A stretch of DNA of 64,000 nt from contig JAXCHI010000004.1 of assembly GCA_033977065.1 (NCBI GenBank), forward strand, positions 433,236-497,235, in the 5' to 3' direction. This document shows positions 30,642 through 40,810 of this stretch, piece by piece; within the stretch, counting starts at the first letter, position 1, and the number at the start of each line of letters is the position of its first letter. The notes beneath the pieces are model-generated. The model made no database searches, had not been told where the DNA came from, and was given only the letters and a program-made list of their open reading frames with translations. Made by a program: the position numbers and the translations under genes. This DNA comes from Candidatus Algichlamydia australiensis (GTDB lineage: Bacteria; Chlamydiota; Chlamydiia; Chlamydiales; JAJFMI01).

Positions 30642-30700
30642 TCCAATATTTTACACGTGATACTCTTTCCAAACAAACAGTAAAATATTATTTTAATTTT

Positions 30701-33133
30701 ATGGCTCCATTCGTCTCTTGCTACCGCCTTCAGCTCAATCCCTACTTTCCATTTCGAAAGGCGCAGCACTACTTGCCCTACTTTGGGGCTCTTGGCGTCG
30801 ATGCTCTCTATCTAAGTCCCATCATGCGCCCGATGCCAGGTAGCATGCACGGGTATGATATCTGCTCGCCTCATGAGATCAATCCCGATCTTGGCACAGA
30901 AGAGGAATTTCGCAATTTTGCCACCGAATGCAAAAAACGCAACATCAAACTTTTGCTTGATGTTGTAGCCAACCACATGTCTGCCAGCTCCTACAACCCG
31001 TGGTGGCAAGATGTTTTAGAAAAAGGTCCTGACTCTCCGTTTGCCAATTATTTTGATATTAATTTTTCGCCCTTGCGAAAAGATTTGCAAAACAGAATTC
31101 TTCTTCCTATTTTGCGAAGCTCATTTGAAGAGGCTTTAGAAAAAGATATCGGGTTGCGCTATCGCGATGGCTGTTTTTTTATCACCGTCTACGAGTATGA
31201 ATTTCCCATGCACCTAAGCTGTTATCAGCAATTTTTGCCTTGCGAATTTACAACAAAAGGTGATCTCAATCGCCTCGTACTACGCAAGCCTGATCTCTAT
31301 GAACACATCGTGAACGCTCTCGCTTCTGCTGATAAGGAAGAAATTCTTTCCAAACAGGCCTATCTTTTGGCCATTTGGCAAGAGGGTCCGCAAGACATTA
31401 ACTACCGGCGTTTTTTTGATATTAACGAGCTCGCTGCTGTTAAAGTTGAGCGCGCTGCCGTCTTTGATGACATACATAAAAAGCTTTTGGGATACCTCGA
31501 TGAGGGAGTTGGGGCGGGGCTACGCATTGATCACCCCGATGGATTTTACGATCCCAAAGCCTACTTTAAAAAATTAGAAAAGTATTTTGTTGTCATAGAA
31601 AAAATCCTAGAAGAGGGGGAGGCACTTCCTAAAGAGTGGCCGGTTAACGGGACAGTTGGATATGAATTTTTAAACGACCTTAACCATCTTTTTATTGATT
31701 GTGAAAATCGGGAGATTTTCGAAAAAATCTATCAGAAATTCACTGGAGAGAAAAAAAATCCCAAGGAGATGTTAATTGAGGCCAAACGCGAGTTTGCTCT
31801 GCTCTACATGACAAGTGAAGTAGACACTTTTGCTGCTCGTTTGGAGGGTGATACTACTCAAATCAAAAAAGAGCTTGTTGAGTTAATTGCCCGCTTTCCC
31901 TGTTATCGCACCTATGTTGATGAGGTGTGGCGTGATGAAGATCGCAAAACATTTGAGAAAATTTTTTCGGAAATCGATGCTCCGCTCTTGCAAAAGATTT
32001 TGCTTAACCCAGAAAATAGCGAGCATGTGCGTCGTCTGCAGCAATTGACACCTCCTATTGTTGCAAAAGGGCTTGAAGATACATTTTGTTATCGCTACTT
32101 TCGCTTCATCTCTGCCAACGAAGTAGGTGGGAATCCCACTCGCTTCGGTTTATCAAAAGAAGAATTTCATGTGCGCAATCAAAAACGCTCTATACAAGGG
32201 CTGCTCACTAGCTCTACTCACGATACAAAGCGCTCAGAAGATGTACGTTACCGTCTTGATGTCTTATCCGAAATGCCAAAAGTTTGGGAAAGAAAGGTTA
32301 CAGAGTGGTCTAAAATCAACCAGCAATATAAAAGTGTTCTTGGTCCTGAGCCTAATCTAGAATACTTTATTTACCAGACGCTTGTTGGCGCTTGGCCTCA
32401 CGGCGAAATGGACGATCCAGAAGTTTTTCTCACTCGCATGAGGAACTACTTTTACAAAGCGATTCGTGAAGCCAAAATTCACACCAACTGGATCAATCAC
32501 AACGATAATTATGAGAATGCGATTACCAATTTCCTTATTCACATTTTGGACCAAAAAAAGAATGGGCGTTTTTTTAAGAGCTTTATCCCATTTATAGAGA
32601 TGATCCGGCCACTTGGTCAGCTAAATAGCCTTTCAGCGCTTGCTATCAAAATTGCGAGTCCGGGCATTATGGAGACCTATCAAGGCTTAGAATTTTGGGA
32701 CGATAGTCTGGTTGATCCCGACAACCGCCGCTTAGTGGATTTTTCGATACGCCAAGAGACCTTGCAGAATCATCCGCCTCAAAAAATGCATATGCTTCGC
32801 TGTGGGCTTCATTTGCGAAAAGCAGCACCTAAACTTTTTACAGAGGGAGAGTATATCCCCATTGCTATCAGAGGTCCCCTTGAAAAGCACCTCATCGCCT
32901 TTAAGCGAAAATACCAAGAGAAGGAGCTAGTCTGCATTGCAGCCCGTTTTTTCCATGCTCTCGGTAAACCTCCTGTTGGCGCAACTTGGGAAGAAAATTT
33001 CTTGCAATTAGATTCCCCACTTGCGGGAAAAGAGCTATTTACTGGTAAAAGGAAAGAAGGAACCCAAATTCAAACCCTGCTTGCTGAGAACTCAGTAGCA
33101 CTGATCCCAAATTTTGAGGTAAAAATCGCGTGA
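30701..33133 (+). CDS. treY: Malto-oligosyltrehalose synthase
   Basis: YRLQ, GSMHGYD, NYRRFFDI, GLRIDHPDG, EKIL, STHDTKRSED, LVDPDNRR. Confidence 0.95.
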   Translation: MAPFVSCYRLQLNPYFPFRKAQHYLPYFGALGVDALYLSPIMRPMPGSMHGYDICSPHEINPDLGTEEEFRNFATECKKRNIKLLLDVVANHMSASSYNPWWQDVLEKGPDSPFANYFDINFSPLRKDLQNRILLPILRSSFEEALEKDIGLRYRDGCFFITVYEYEFPMHLSCYQQFLPCEFTTKGDLNRLVLRKPDLYEHIVNALASADKEEILSKQAYLLAIWQEGPQDINYRRFFDINELAAVKVERAAVFDDIHKKLLGYLDEGVGAGLRIDHPDGFYDPKAYFKKLEKYFVVIEKILEEGEALPKEWPVNGTVGYEFLNDLNHLFIDCENREIFEKIYQKFTGEKKNPKEMLIEAKREFALLYMTSEVDTFAARLEGDTTQIKKELVELIARFPCYRTYVDEVWRDEDRKTFEKIFSEIDAPLLQKILLNPENSEHVRRLQQLTPPIVAKGLEDTFCYRYFRFISANEVGGNPTRFGLSKEEFHVRNQKRSIQGLLTSSTHDTKRSEDVRYRLDVLSEMPKVWERKVTEWSKINQQYKSVLGPEPNLEYFIYQTLVGAWPHGEMDDPEVFLTRMRNYFYKAIREAKIHTNWINHNDNYENAITNFLIHILDQKKNGRFFKSFIPFIEMIRPLGQLNSLSALAIKIASPGIMETYQGLEFWDDSLVDPDNRRLVDFSIRQETLQNHPPQKMHMLRCGLHLRKAAPKLFTEGEYIPIAIRGPLEKHLIAFKRKYQEKELVCIAARFFHALGKPPVGATWEENFLQLDSPLAGKELFTGKRKEGTQIQTLLAENSVALIPNFEVKIA

Positions 33134-33786
33134 AAGAAGTGACGATTAAAACAAAAGAGAGTTCTATTAAGGCCTTTTTTTCAAACCCGCCTCTTTCGCG
33201 TGGTTTAGTTATTTTCATTCACGGTAAAGGGGAGTCGCGCTTTTCTGAACGTGAACAGTTTATGGCGCGCACTCTAGAAAAGGGGGGGATCGGCTACCTT
33301 CTCTTTGATCTTCTTTCTGATGAGGAAGAGCGAGAAGATATGGAAACAGAAAAATACTCCAAAAACCTTCCATTTCTTACAGAGCGTGTTCTTGCTGCTA
33401 CTCGGTGGGTGAAAGAGCAAGAAGAGCTCAAAAGTTTGCCGCTTGGATATTGCGGGATTGGATCGGGATCAGCTGCAGCCCTTTGTGCTACGGCGATCGA
33501 GCCCTCTATTAAAGCTCTTGTTCTTCGAGGTGCGAGCAGCGAGCCTACTGAAAGCGTTCTTGAAAATATTCACTGCCCAACTCTTTTGCTTGTTGGAGGT
33601 AGAGATGATCAAAACCGCCCCCTTAATGAAAAAATATTTGAAATCCTCACTTGTAAAAAGGATTTAAAGCTCATCGGAGGGGTAGCAGGCAAGTTTGAAG
33701 AGATGGGGGCGATCGAGATTGTCTCTCTTCGCGCGTATAACTGGTTTGTTGTCCACTTTGGTATTCCGGGATTAGGGAGGGACTGA
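33130..33786 (+). CDS. Dienelactone-hydrolase-like protein with degenerate active site
   Basis: FIHG..SRFS.R, FDLL, PTLLLVGG.D; the usual GxSxG and GAxHLFEE read GIGSG and GVAGKFEE. Confidence 0.7.
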   Translation: MKEVTIKTKESSIKAFFSNPPLSRGLVIFIHGKGESRFSEREQFMARTLEKGGIGYLLFDLLSDEEEREDMETEKYSKNLPFLTERVLAATRWVKEQEELKSLPLGYCGIGSGSAAALCATAIEPSIKALVLRGASSEPTESVLENIHCPTLLLVGGRDDQNRPLNEKIFEILTCKKDLKLIGGVAGKFEEMGAIEIVSLRAYNWFVVHFGIPGLGRD

Positions 33787-33939
33787 ACAACTCAGACTTT
33801 TCGATTAAATTAAAAAAACACTTACCTTTTTCCTTAACTCTTTTTCATGTAAAATAAAAACAAATAAATTCTAAATGGATATAATTTTTATTTATATAAA
33901 TTGTAATGTCTATTTAGCTTCTGTGAGGTTTAAGTAATT

Positions 33940-34266
33940 ATGATAAACTCAACATTACAATTTGCGAATCAATATAGATACTTCATTGGTGGTTCTGCTT
34001 TTGCAGGCACTCTTTTTGGAATTAAGCTGGGATTAAAATCTGCTGAAGGGAAGCTCGCTGCTGGGAAAGAGGTTTTTGAAAAATTCTCTCATATTAAAGA
34101 AATTTCTTATCAAAAACATGTTGCCGATAAATCAGGAATTTTGGGCCATAAAACTAAGATCAAGCTTACAGAAGTAGCTCAATGGTCTGCTGGGGCTACA
34201 GCAGCTGGGGCTGTTGTAGGGGTTGTAGTCTCTTTAGCGACCCATGCTTTTAAAAATTACAAATAA
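33940..34266 (+). CDS. Small hypothetical protein with hydrophobic segments
   Basis: 108-aa ORF with RBS-like GAGG in AT-rich context. Confidence 0.6.
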   Translation: MINSTLQFANQYRYFIGGSAFAGTLFGIKLGLKSAEGKLAAGKEVFEKFSHIKEISYQKHVADKSGILGHKTKIKLTEVAQWSAGATAAGAVVGVVVSLATHAFKNYK

Positions 34267-34350
34267 TAATTATAATATTTTTTGTCTTTTATTTTATTAA
34301 CAATCATTGTATAATTAGTGTATTATTAATTTAACCTTATAGGTAGAACA

Positions 34351-34728
34351 ATGATTACGGAGTTTAGTTGGACAGAAGTTGCAAGAGGGATTGTAACAGA
34401 CAAGTTTAATACAGCAAAAGAAGCTGTAATGAACAACAAAGGAAGAGTAGCAGCAGCTGCAGTAGCAGTACCATCTGCAATTTTTGCAACAGTGGTTGGA
34501 GCAAGAGAAGTCAGTTCTTATAGAGCAACAGGCAGCATGACTCCAAAAATGAAAAGAAGTATTCAACTATTGCAAAAAGGTTTTCAAGCAGCAAAGAATG
34601 TGGATCCAACAACAAGAAATGCAGTATTAGCAGGAACAGCCCTGGTTGTAGTCCTACTAGCAGGGGTGATGTTGATCGAAAACCATTTCTCAAAAATAGA
34701 TTTTAGAAATGATATGCCGAGTAAGTAA
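34351..34728 (+). CDS. Small hypothetical protein with two hydrophobic segments
   Basis: 125-aa ORF followed by a terminator. Confidence 0.6.
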   Translation: MITEFSWTEVARGIVTDKFNTAKEAVMNNKGRVAAAAVAVPSAIFATVVGAREVSSYRATGSMTPKMKRSIQLLQKGFQAAKNVDPTTRNAVLAGTALVVVLLAGVMLIENHFSKIDFRNDMPSK

Positions 34729-34816
34729 ATAAGAGTTAAGTCTTCTAACGTTGAGTTAAAGCACGTTGCAGAGACTTATTTAAAATAAATAGTAAACTCT
34801 ATTTATAGAATTTCAG

Positions 34817-34853
34817 AAAAGCCCTTAGATCTTTTGATCTAAAGGCTTTTTTT
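34817..34853 (+). terminator. Intrinsic terminator
   Basis: AAAAGCCCTTAGATC-TTTT-GATCTAAAGGCTTTTTTT. Confidence 0.75.
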
Positions 34854-34861
34854 ATGTTTTA

Positions 34862-35202
34862 GATAGTGTCGTCAAAAGCTCTGTACTGGACAAAAATTTT
34901 GCCAAGAGGAGCAAAGCGAGCCAAAATCAAATCGAAGCAGCAGCGTTTCGAGCGACGAGTCCATAGCCCATAGTGCTATGGACGAGGAGGAGAATCGATT
35001 TGATAAAGGCGCAGCTCTCCCATTGGTGAAATTTTTGTCCAGTACAGAGCGTCAAAAGGCTATAATCAGATTATTTTTCATGTTTGCAGCTTATTTTTAT
35101 GCGGAAATTGAAGCTGAATTTGTAAATTCCGCTTCATTTGAGCACAAAAATGGAGCCCAAACATGAAAAATAAGATGGTTGTATGCTTTTGACGATGCTA
35201 TC
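34862..35202 (-). mobile_element. Family-B element (161 bp) carrying a nested family-C element
   Basis: TA flanks; 341 bp minus the 180-bp insertion equals 161 bp, the same as the other copies. Confidence 0.92.
34879..35049 (+). mobile_element. Family-C hairpin element (171 bp), IS4-like ends
   Basis: Terminal IR CTCTGTACTGGACAAAAATTT; perfect 9-bp direct repeat CGTCAAAAG at 34870-34878 and 35050-35058. Confidence 0.92.
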
Positions 35203-36088
35203 TAGGGATCGTTTTTTTTGTAATGATTGTGATGAGCCCCATAAGTATGAGCGCAAATCCGACGTAGGCGATTGGGCTAAGGATTTCGTTTAGAAAGATC
35301 ACACCGAGGTTAATGCTGATGATGGGGAAGATGAGAGTGCTGAGGGAGAGATAGGTAGCACCCGCTTTTTGCACGAGCTGGTAGTAAAAATAGAAAGCAG
35401 TAGCCGTTCCAATAACAGCGAGTCCAAGGACGCCGAAAATGCTGATGGCAGGAGGTGAGTGGGGCAAAGGAGCGAAAAGGAGCGCAAGTGGCAAGAGAGT
35501 AATTGAGGAGAAGAAGAGTTGCCAAGTAGGGGCCACAAGGCCAGGAACGCGCGTAAGGTGGCGGCGGCCATAGACCATTCCTATGGCGTAGCAGATGGCA
35601 GCGCCGATCATCAAGATGACTCCAAATGTAGAGCCGTATCTTGCTTGCAGGAGACTGGGCAACATGACCAAGACTAGACCGATAAAACCTAAAGAAATTC
35701 CTAAGGTTTTGACCCAGCTAATGCGCTCATCGTGAATGAAGAAGTGCGCAAAGATGGTAACAAAGATAGGAGCAGAGCCATTAATAATCGCAGCTAAGGA
35801 ACTGGAGATGTAAATTTCGGAATAGGCAATAAGAGAGAAGGGGATTGCATTTGCAAAGAGCCCCATAATAAAAAAATGTTTCCAGTAGCCGCGCCACTCC
35901 ATGAGGTTGCGTTTGCGAATCCAAACAATTGGCAGAAGGAAGAGGCAGCCAAGAGTCAGGCGGAGCCAGACAATCATAAAGGGATGAAATCCTTCCAGGG
36001 CAAATTTAATGAACATATAGGAGGGGCCCCAGCAAAAACTGAGCCCAAAAAGTAGGAGTAAATGTTGTACTTCGATGCGTCCTTTCAT
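35198..36088 (-). CDS. EamA/DMT transporter
   Basis: About 10 TM segments, WG...F, two EamA repeats; stop lies in the family-B end. Confidence 0.92.
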   Translation of the reverse strand: MKGRIEVQHLLLLFGLSFCWGPSYMFIKFALEGFHPFMIVWLRLTLGCLFLLPIVWIRKRNLMEWRGYWKHFFIMGLFANAIPFSLIAYSEIYISSSLAAIINGSAPIFVTIFAHFFIHDERISWVKTLGISLGFIGLVLVMLPSLLQARYGSTFGVILMIGAAICYAIGMVYGRRHLTRVPGLVAPTWQLFFSSITLLPLALLFAPLPHSPPAISIFGVLGLAVIGTATAFYFYYQLVQKAGATYLSLSTLIFPIISINLGVIFLNEILSPIAYVGFALILMGLITIITKKTIPR

Positions 36089-36128
36089 ATCTCTAGCGTG
36101 ATAACAGCCCTCATGTTAAAAGAAAACT

Positions 36129-38762
36129 ATGAATCCTGAAGAAAAGCGACTCGCCGAAAATCAAGGCGAAATTCCCCCGTGGCACAAATGGGGTCCCTAT
36201 GTCTCAGAGCGCTCATGGGGCACAGTCCGCGAAGACTATAGCGAAAATGGCGACTCGTGGAACTATCTCTGCCATGATAAGGCGCGCTCCAAAGCGTACA
36301 GATGGGGCGAAGATGGGATCGCCGGCATCTGTGACCGCTATCAGGTCCTGGTTCTCTCGTTTGCCTTTTGGAATGGCAAGGACCCCATTTTAAAAGAACG
36401 CCTTTTTGGTCTCAATACAAATGAAGGAAATCATGGAGAAGATGTAAAGGAAGTCTATTACTATTTGGATTCTACTCCCACGCACTCCTATATGAAATTC
36501 CTTTATAAGTACCCACAAAGTGAGTTTCCCTATAAAAAATTATTAGAAGAAAATCAGAAGCGCGGACTTGAAGAGCTCGAATATGAGCTTGTTGATACGG
36601 GTGCTTTTGATGATGATCGCTATTTTGATATTTTTATTGAGATTGCCAAAGAGAGTGAAGAGGATATTTGCTACCGTATAGAGATCTGCAATCGCGCAAA
36701 TGAAGAGGCGAAGCTGCACTTTTTACCCCAGCTGCTCTTTCGTAATACCTGGAGCTGGCACAAGAAAAAACCGCGGCCCAAAATTGTGTGCGGAAAAGAG
36801 GGGGAGCTTGTTGCTGATGACTCTGCTTGCGATCCGCTACCTCTATTAAATTTTCCCTATAGTATTGGTAAGCGCTTCTTGGCAAGCGATGGAAAAGCTA
36901 CCCCAATTTTCACGCATAATGAGACGCATGAGGAGCTTTTTTCTGGAGGGCAGAGCGCAAGTCCCTATGTTAAAGATGCCTTTCATCGTCACATCATTGA
37001 TGGGGAGGCGTGCATCAACCCTAAAAAAGAGGGGACAAAAGCAGCTCTTCACTATGAAGAGATCTCCATTCCAGCGAAGGGGTCGAAAGTTCTCTACTTT
37101 CGTTTAAGTGATAAAGAAGGTGCTGGAGTTGCCGATGTAGAAAAAATTGTTACGATGCGCAAAAAAGAGGCGGATGAGTATTACGAAAATATCCATCCTC
37201 AAGGCGCTTCTGATGAAGAGAAGAGTATACAGAGGCAAGCCTTAGCTGGCATGTCGATAAGTAAACAAATCTATTTACTTGATGTGAACCGCTGGCTTGT
37301 GGGGGACGATCCTAGTCACCCACCTCCTGATAGCCGGAGATCTATTCGTAATATTCACTGGAGACACCTGATTTCCAAGCGAATTCTTTCGATGCCTGAT
37401 AAGTGGGAATACCCCTGGTTTGCAGCGTGGGATCTCGCCTTTCATACCATAGCTCTTGCCCTTACCGATATGGAATTTGCCAAAGAGCAGCTCTGGCTTC
37501 TGCTCTTTGATCAATTTCAACATCCCAATGGACAGATTCCCGCCTATGAGTGGGAGTTTTCTGAGCTCAACCCCCCTGTTCAAGCGTGGGCTGCCTATAG
37601 ACTCTATAAAATGGAAGAGAAGAGGACGGGAAAGGGCGATCTCTCATTTTTAAAAAAGTGCTATCACAAACTCGTGATCAACTTTGTTTGGTGGGTAAAT
37701 CGCGTTGACCGCCTTGGGAATAACGTCTTTGAAGGGGGCTTTTTAGGTCTCGATAACATTACCGTAATTGACCGTAGCGCAGAAATCCCCGGTGGTGGAC
37801 GAATTGAGCAGTCGGATGGAACGGGCTGGATGGGAATGTTCTGCTTACTTCTTATGCGGATGGCCTTAGAGCTCTCAAAAAATGATTCCGATTATGAAGT
37901 GATGGCAACCAAATTTTTTGAGCACTATGTCTATATTGCAGCTGCGCTTGAAGCGTCTGAGACACGTGAAGTGCAGATTTGGAGTGAAGAAGATGGCTTT
38001 TTCTACGATGTAATGAGCTATCCGGATGGCACACAAAAACGGATAATGGTCCACTCTCTTGTCGGTATCATCCCGCTCTATGCGATGGATTTTCTCTCAA
38101 CAAGTGAGCTTTCCCAGTACAAAGAGTTTTCAAAAAACTTTCACTGGTTTATGAAAAATCGCAGTGATCTTACCTCTCGTTGCGTGACAGAAGTTGAAGT
38201 GAATGGAGAAAAAAAATATCTCCTTGCTCTAACTAAACTCGATAAGATCAAGCGCGTACTCTCTCGTGTTTACGATCCAGAGGAGTTTCGTTCAAATTAT
38301 GGTCTGCGCAGCCTCTCTAAGTACCATGAAAAAAATCCTTATGAGATGTTAGGTAACTCGATTACCTACGAGCCAGGCGAATCAATTGCGCGACTAAAAG
38401 GAGGCAACTCCAACTGGCGTGGTCCTGTCTGGTTTCCCACAAGCTTTCTTCTCATCGATGCATTAAAGATACTTGATGAACTGCTTGGTGATCAGGAAAA
38501 AGTCCCGTGCAAAGAGGGTGAGGTCTCTTTTCATGAGATGGCAGGAACTTTCTCAAGAGGTCTTATCAACCTCTTTCGCCGCAACAAACAGGGTAAACGT
38601 CCGATTTATGGGGATTATGAGCGCTTTCAAAACGATCCACACTTCAAAGATTACCTGCTCTTTTTTGAGCACTATCATGGAGATACTGGCCGCGGTTTGG
38701 GTGCTTCGCACCAGACTGGCTGGAGTGGCCTTGTTGCCACCTTGATCGATGAATGGTGTTAA
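36129..38762 (+). CDS. GH63 / MGH1-like glucosidase
   Basis: WGPYVSER.WGTVREDYS, MPDKWEYPWFAAWD, GASHQTGW. Confidence 0.92.
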   Translation: MNPEEKRLAENQGEIPPWHKWGPYVSERSWGTVREDYSENGDSWNYLCHDKARSKAYRWGEDGIAGICDRYQVLVLSFAFWNGKDPILKERLFGLNTNEGNHGEDVKEVYYYLDSTPTHSYMKFLYKYPQSEFPYKKLLEENQKRGLEELEYELVDTGAFDDDRYFDIFIEIAKESEEDICYRIEICNRANEEAKLHFLPQLLFRNTWSWHKKKPRPKIVCGKEGELVADDSACDPLPLLNFPYSIGKRFLASDGKATPIFTHNETHEELFSGGQSASPYVKDAFHRHIIDGEACINPKKEGTKAALHYEEISIPAKGSKVLYFRLSDKEGAGVADVEKIVTMRKKEADEYYENIHPQGASDEEKSIQRQALAGMSISKQIYLLDVNRWLVGDDPSHPPPDSRRSIRNIHWRHLISKRILSMPDKWEYPWFAAWDLAFHTIALALTDMEFAKEQLWLLLFDQFQHPNGQIPAYEWEFSELNPPVQAWAAYRLYKMEEKRTGKGDLSFLKKCYHKLVINFVWWVNRVDRLGNNVFEGGFLGLDNITVIDRSAEIPGGGRIEQSDGTGWMGMFCLLLMRMALELSKNDSDYEVMATKFFEHYVYIAAALEASETREVQIWSEEDGFFYDVMSYPDGTQKRIMVHSLVGIIPLYAMDFLSTSELSQYKEFSKNFHWFMKNRSDLTSRCVTEVEVNGEKKYLLALTKLDKIKRVLSRVYDPEEFRSNYGLRSLSKYHEKNPYEMLGNSITYEPGESIARLKGGNSNWRGPVWFPTSFLLIDALKILDELLGDQEKVPCKEGEVSFHEMAGTFSRGLINLFRRNKQGKRPIYGDYERFQNDPHFKDYLLFFEHYHGDTGRGLGASHQTGWSGLVATLIDEWC

Positions 38763-38813
38763 AACTTCTTGTGTAATTGAAGAGTTTTTTCTACCCTTGT
38801 TGTCAGAGGTCTT

Positions 38814-39656
38814 ATGGAAAAAGTTTTAGAAAGAAAAACTGTTGGGAGATATCTCGACCCAACAAACGATTTGGCATTTAAGAAAGTCTTCGGAACAGAA
38901 GAGCACAAGCCATCTTTGATTAGCTTTTTAAATGCGGTACTCAGCTTGGATGGTAATAAGAAAATTACGTCTGTAGATTTTCTTCCAAAGGAGCAAATCC
39001 CCATTATCTCTGAAGGGAAATTTTCAGTTCTTGATGTAAAGTGTACAGATGAACTCGGGAATCAATATATTATTGAGATGCAAAGCAGAGCAGTGAAAGA
39101 TTTCACTAAACGCTCCCAGTACTATGCTTCCCATAGCTATGTGAGCCAAGGATTTTCGGGAAAGAGATTTGGAGAGCTAAGACCAGTTGTTTTTTTAGCA
39201 ATTTTAGATCACCTTCTTTTCCCAGAAGATGATCATGTGATTAGTTGTCATCATACACTTGATGTGAAAACAAATTGTCATAGGCTAAAAGACATACGTT
39301 ACTATTTTATTGAATTGCCGAAATTCAATAAAAATGAAAGTGAACTTGAAACGATTCAAGATCAATGGATCTACTATTTCAAGAATTGGAACTGTGTTCG
39401 CGAAATACCTCCTTCTATTCATGATGAAGCTTTAATCGAAGCGTACCGTACTATAGAGAAATTTAACTGGACAGTTGCGGAAATGGATGAATATGTCAAA
39501 TCAAATTTGGCACGGGCAACTTACGAATATGAATTAGAAGAAGTTCGAATTAGGGAAAGGTTGGCAATTGCAAGGAAATTATTGAAGCTGGGTACGGCTA
39601 TAAAAGATATAATGGATGCGACCGGCCTTTCTGAAGTGCAAATCAAGGAACTCTAA
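38814..39656 (+). CDS. Rpn-family PD-(D/E)xK nuclease / putative transposase (paralog of 5779)
   Basis: DPTNDLAFKKVFG, LDVK, IEMQ, ELPKF. Confidence 0.9.
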   Translation: MEKVLERKTVGRYLDPTNDLAFKKVFGTEEHKPSLISFLNAVLSLDGNKKITSVDFLPKEQIPIISEGKFSVLDVKCTDELGNQYIIEMQSRAVKDFTKRSQYYASHSYVSQGFSGKRFGELRPVVFLAILDHLLFPEDDHVISCHHTLDVKTNCHRLKDIRYYFIELPKFNKNESELETIQDQWIYYFKNWNCVREIPPSIHDEALIEAYRTIEKFNWTVAEMDEYVKSNLARATYEYELEEVRIRERLAIARKLLKLGTAIKDIMDATGLSEVQIKEL

Positions 39657-40776
39657 TTTCGCTCAAAATTCCGTGGTGGTCGGAGAGGGCGTGCTTGGAG
39701 TAGCTATCTGGTTGAAATTCTGTGTCGACGAGTATTGTGGAGAGAGTTTTGGCCTCTCCTTTGGCTACAAGAATGTAGTCTAGGTTGAGGGGATTGGAGA
39801 TTTTTTTCCCCATGAATTTTGCGAAGTAGCGATCACCACCCCACGTCTTTTTAGGAAGAGGTAGTGGTTGTTCAAAGTGATTTTTCCAGGAAGAGCGCCC
39901 ATATTCTTCATCATCTAGGTTGAGATCTCCGGTAAGAATGCTGTTTCTGCCCTTATCTTGTGCCATTTTCATTAAAATGTGGTCCATTTGGGCAGCGCGT
40001 GCCTGCACTTCTTCTGGTGTCGGATGCTCAGGCTCTTCAGAGTGTTGCAGGTGTGTGGTGTAGATACGAGTAAAAGTTTGGCCATTACTGGTAAGATCAA
40101 AGGCAAAAAAGCCTTTGTTGGCTCCTTTGGTTCTGCCAACAAGGGTCTGTTCGGGGAAAAGAGTAAATTCTGGATTGCTAATTCTGTATTTACTCGCAAC
40201 AAGTATACCAGAAGAGACTCCAATCGCTTTTGGGCCGATATTGTAGTAGATATGAGCATAGCCATGCCTTTTGAGTTTTTCAGCAAGATGAAAGGCGCAA
40301 GTAGAGTCAAAAGTCTCAAGAATACAATTCACATCTGCATCTTGAACGAGAATTTTATCTGTGATTGCGTCAATGCGCTCTCTCCAAGGTGCTACACCGC
40401 CATCACTAATCGAATAGCCTCCCGCGATCCCGCAGATGTTCCATGTGAGAAGGGAAAACTTACCACTTTGCGGAAGGTTTTTTTCAGCGGGTAAGTTGGA
40501 AATATGGATGTAAGGAGTAGGAAGGAGAGTTTTGGCATAAGAGCGCAAAGCAACTCCTGGTAGGGTTGTGAAGAAGGCGAGGGTAGTATTTGAGATAAGG
40601 GCCAAAGCTAATATACTTTTTTTGAAAAGCAGACCTTTTTCTAAAGTGAAGAGGCGAAAACTCTCGTGAGCCTTGCAGATAGGGTCTGTCAAGCAGGAAG
40701 CGATCTTGAAGAAAAGTAAAGAAAATTTTTCCTTTACATTATCAGGGATAACCTCTTTTAAGAAATAACCTTTCAT
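39643..40776 (-). CDS. Endonuclease/exonuclease/phosphatase family (sphingomyelinase-like) protein
   Basis: TWN, ETF, SSG, NKG, THLQ, GDLN, LDY, SDH. Confidence 0.85.
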   Translation of the reverse strand: MKGYFLKEVIPDNVKEKFSLLFFKIASCLTDPICKAHESFRLFTLEKGLLFKKSILALALISNTTLAFFTTLPGVALRSYAKTLLPTPYIHISNLPAEKNLPQSGKFSLLTWNICGIAGGYSISDGGVAPWRERIDAITDKILVQDADVNCILETFDSTCAFHLAEKLKRHGYAHIYYNIGPKAIGVSSGILVASKYRISNPEFTLFPEQTLVGRTKGANKGFFAFDLTSNGQTFTRIYTTHLQHSEEPEHPTPEEVQARAAQMDHILMKMAQDKGRNSILTGDLNLDDEEYGRSSWKNHFEQPLPLPKKTWGGDRYFAKFMGKKISNPLNLDYILVAKGEAKTLSTILVDTEFQPDSYSKHALSDHHGILSEIRVP

Positions 40777-40810
40777 AAGAAAAAGATTATATCATAAAAA
40801 AGATTAACTA

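Noticed and set aside
34978..35166. 62-aa ORF MDEEENRF..
   Set aside because: It spans the C/B element junction and is a by-product of the repeats.
38814..39656. Rpn genes as the transposase for the hairpin elements
   Set aside because: Neither Rpn gene is flanked by A-D ends, and the target duplications fit DDE transposases better.
39972..40494. Longer antisense or alternate-frame ORFs (e.g. 39979, 16278, 45781, 55935, 60412)
   Set aside because: They are shadows of well-supported genes and have no motifs of their own.
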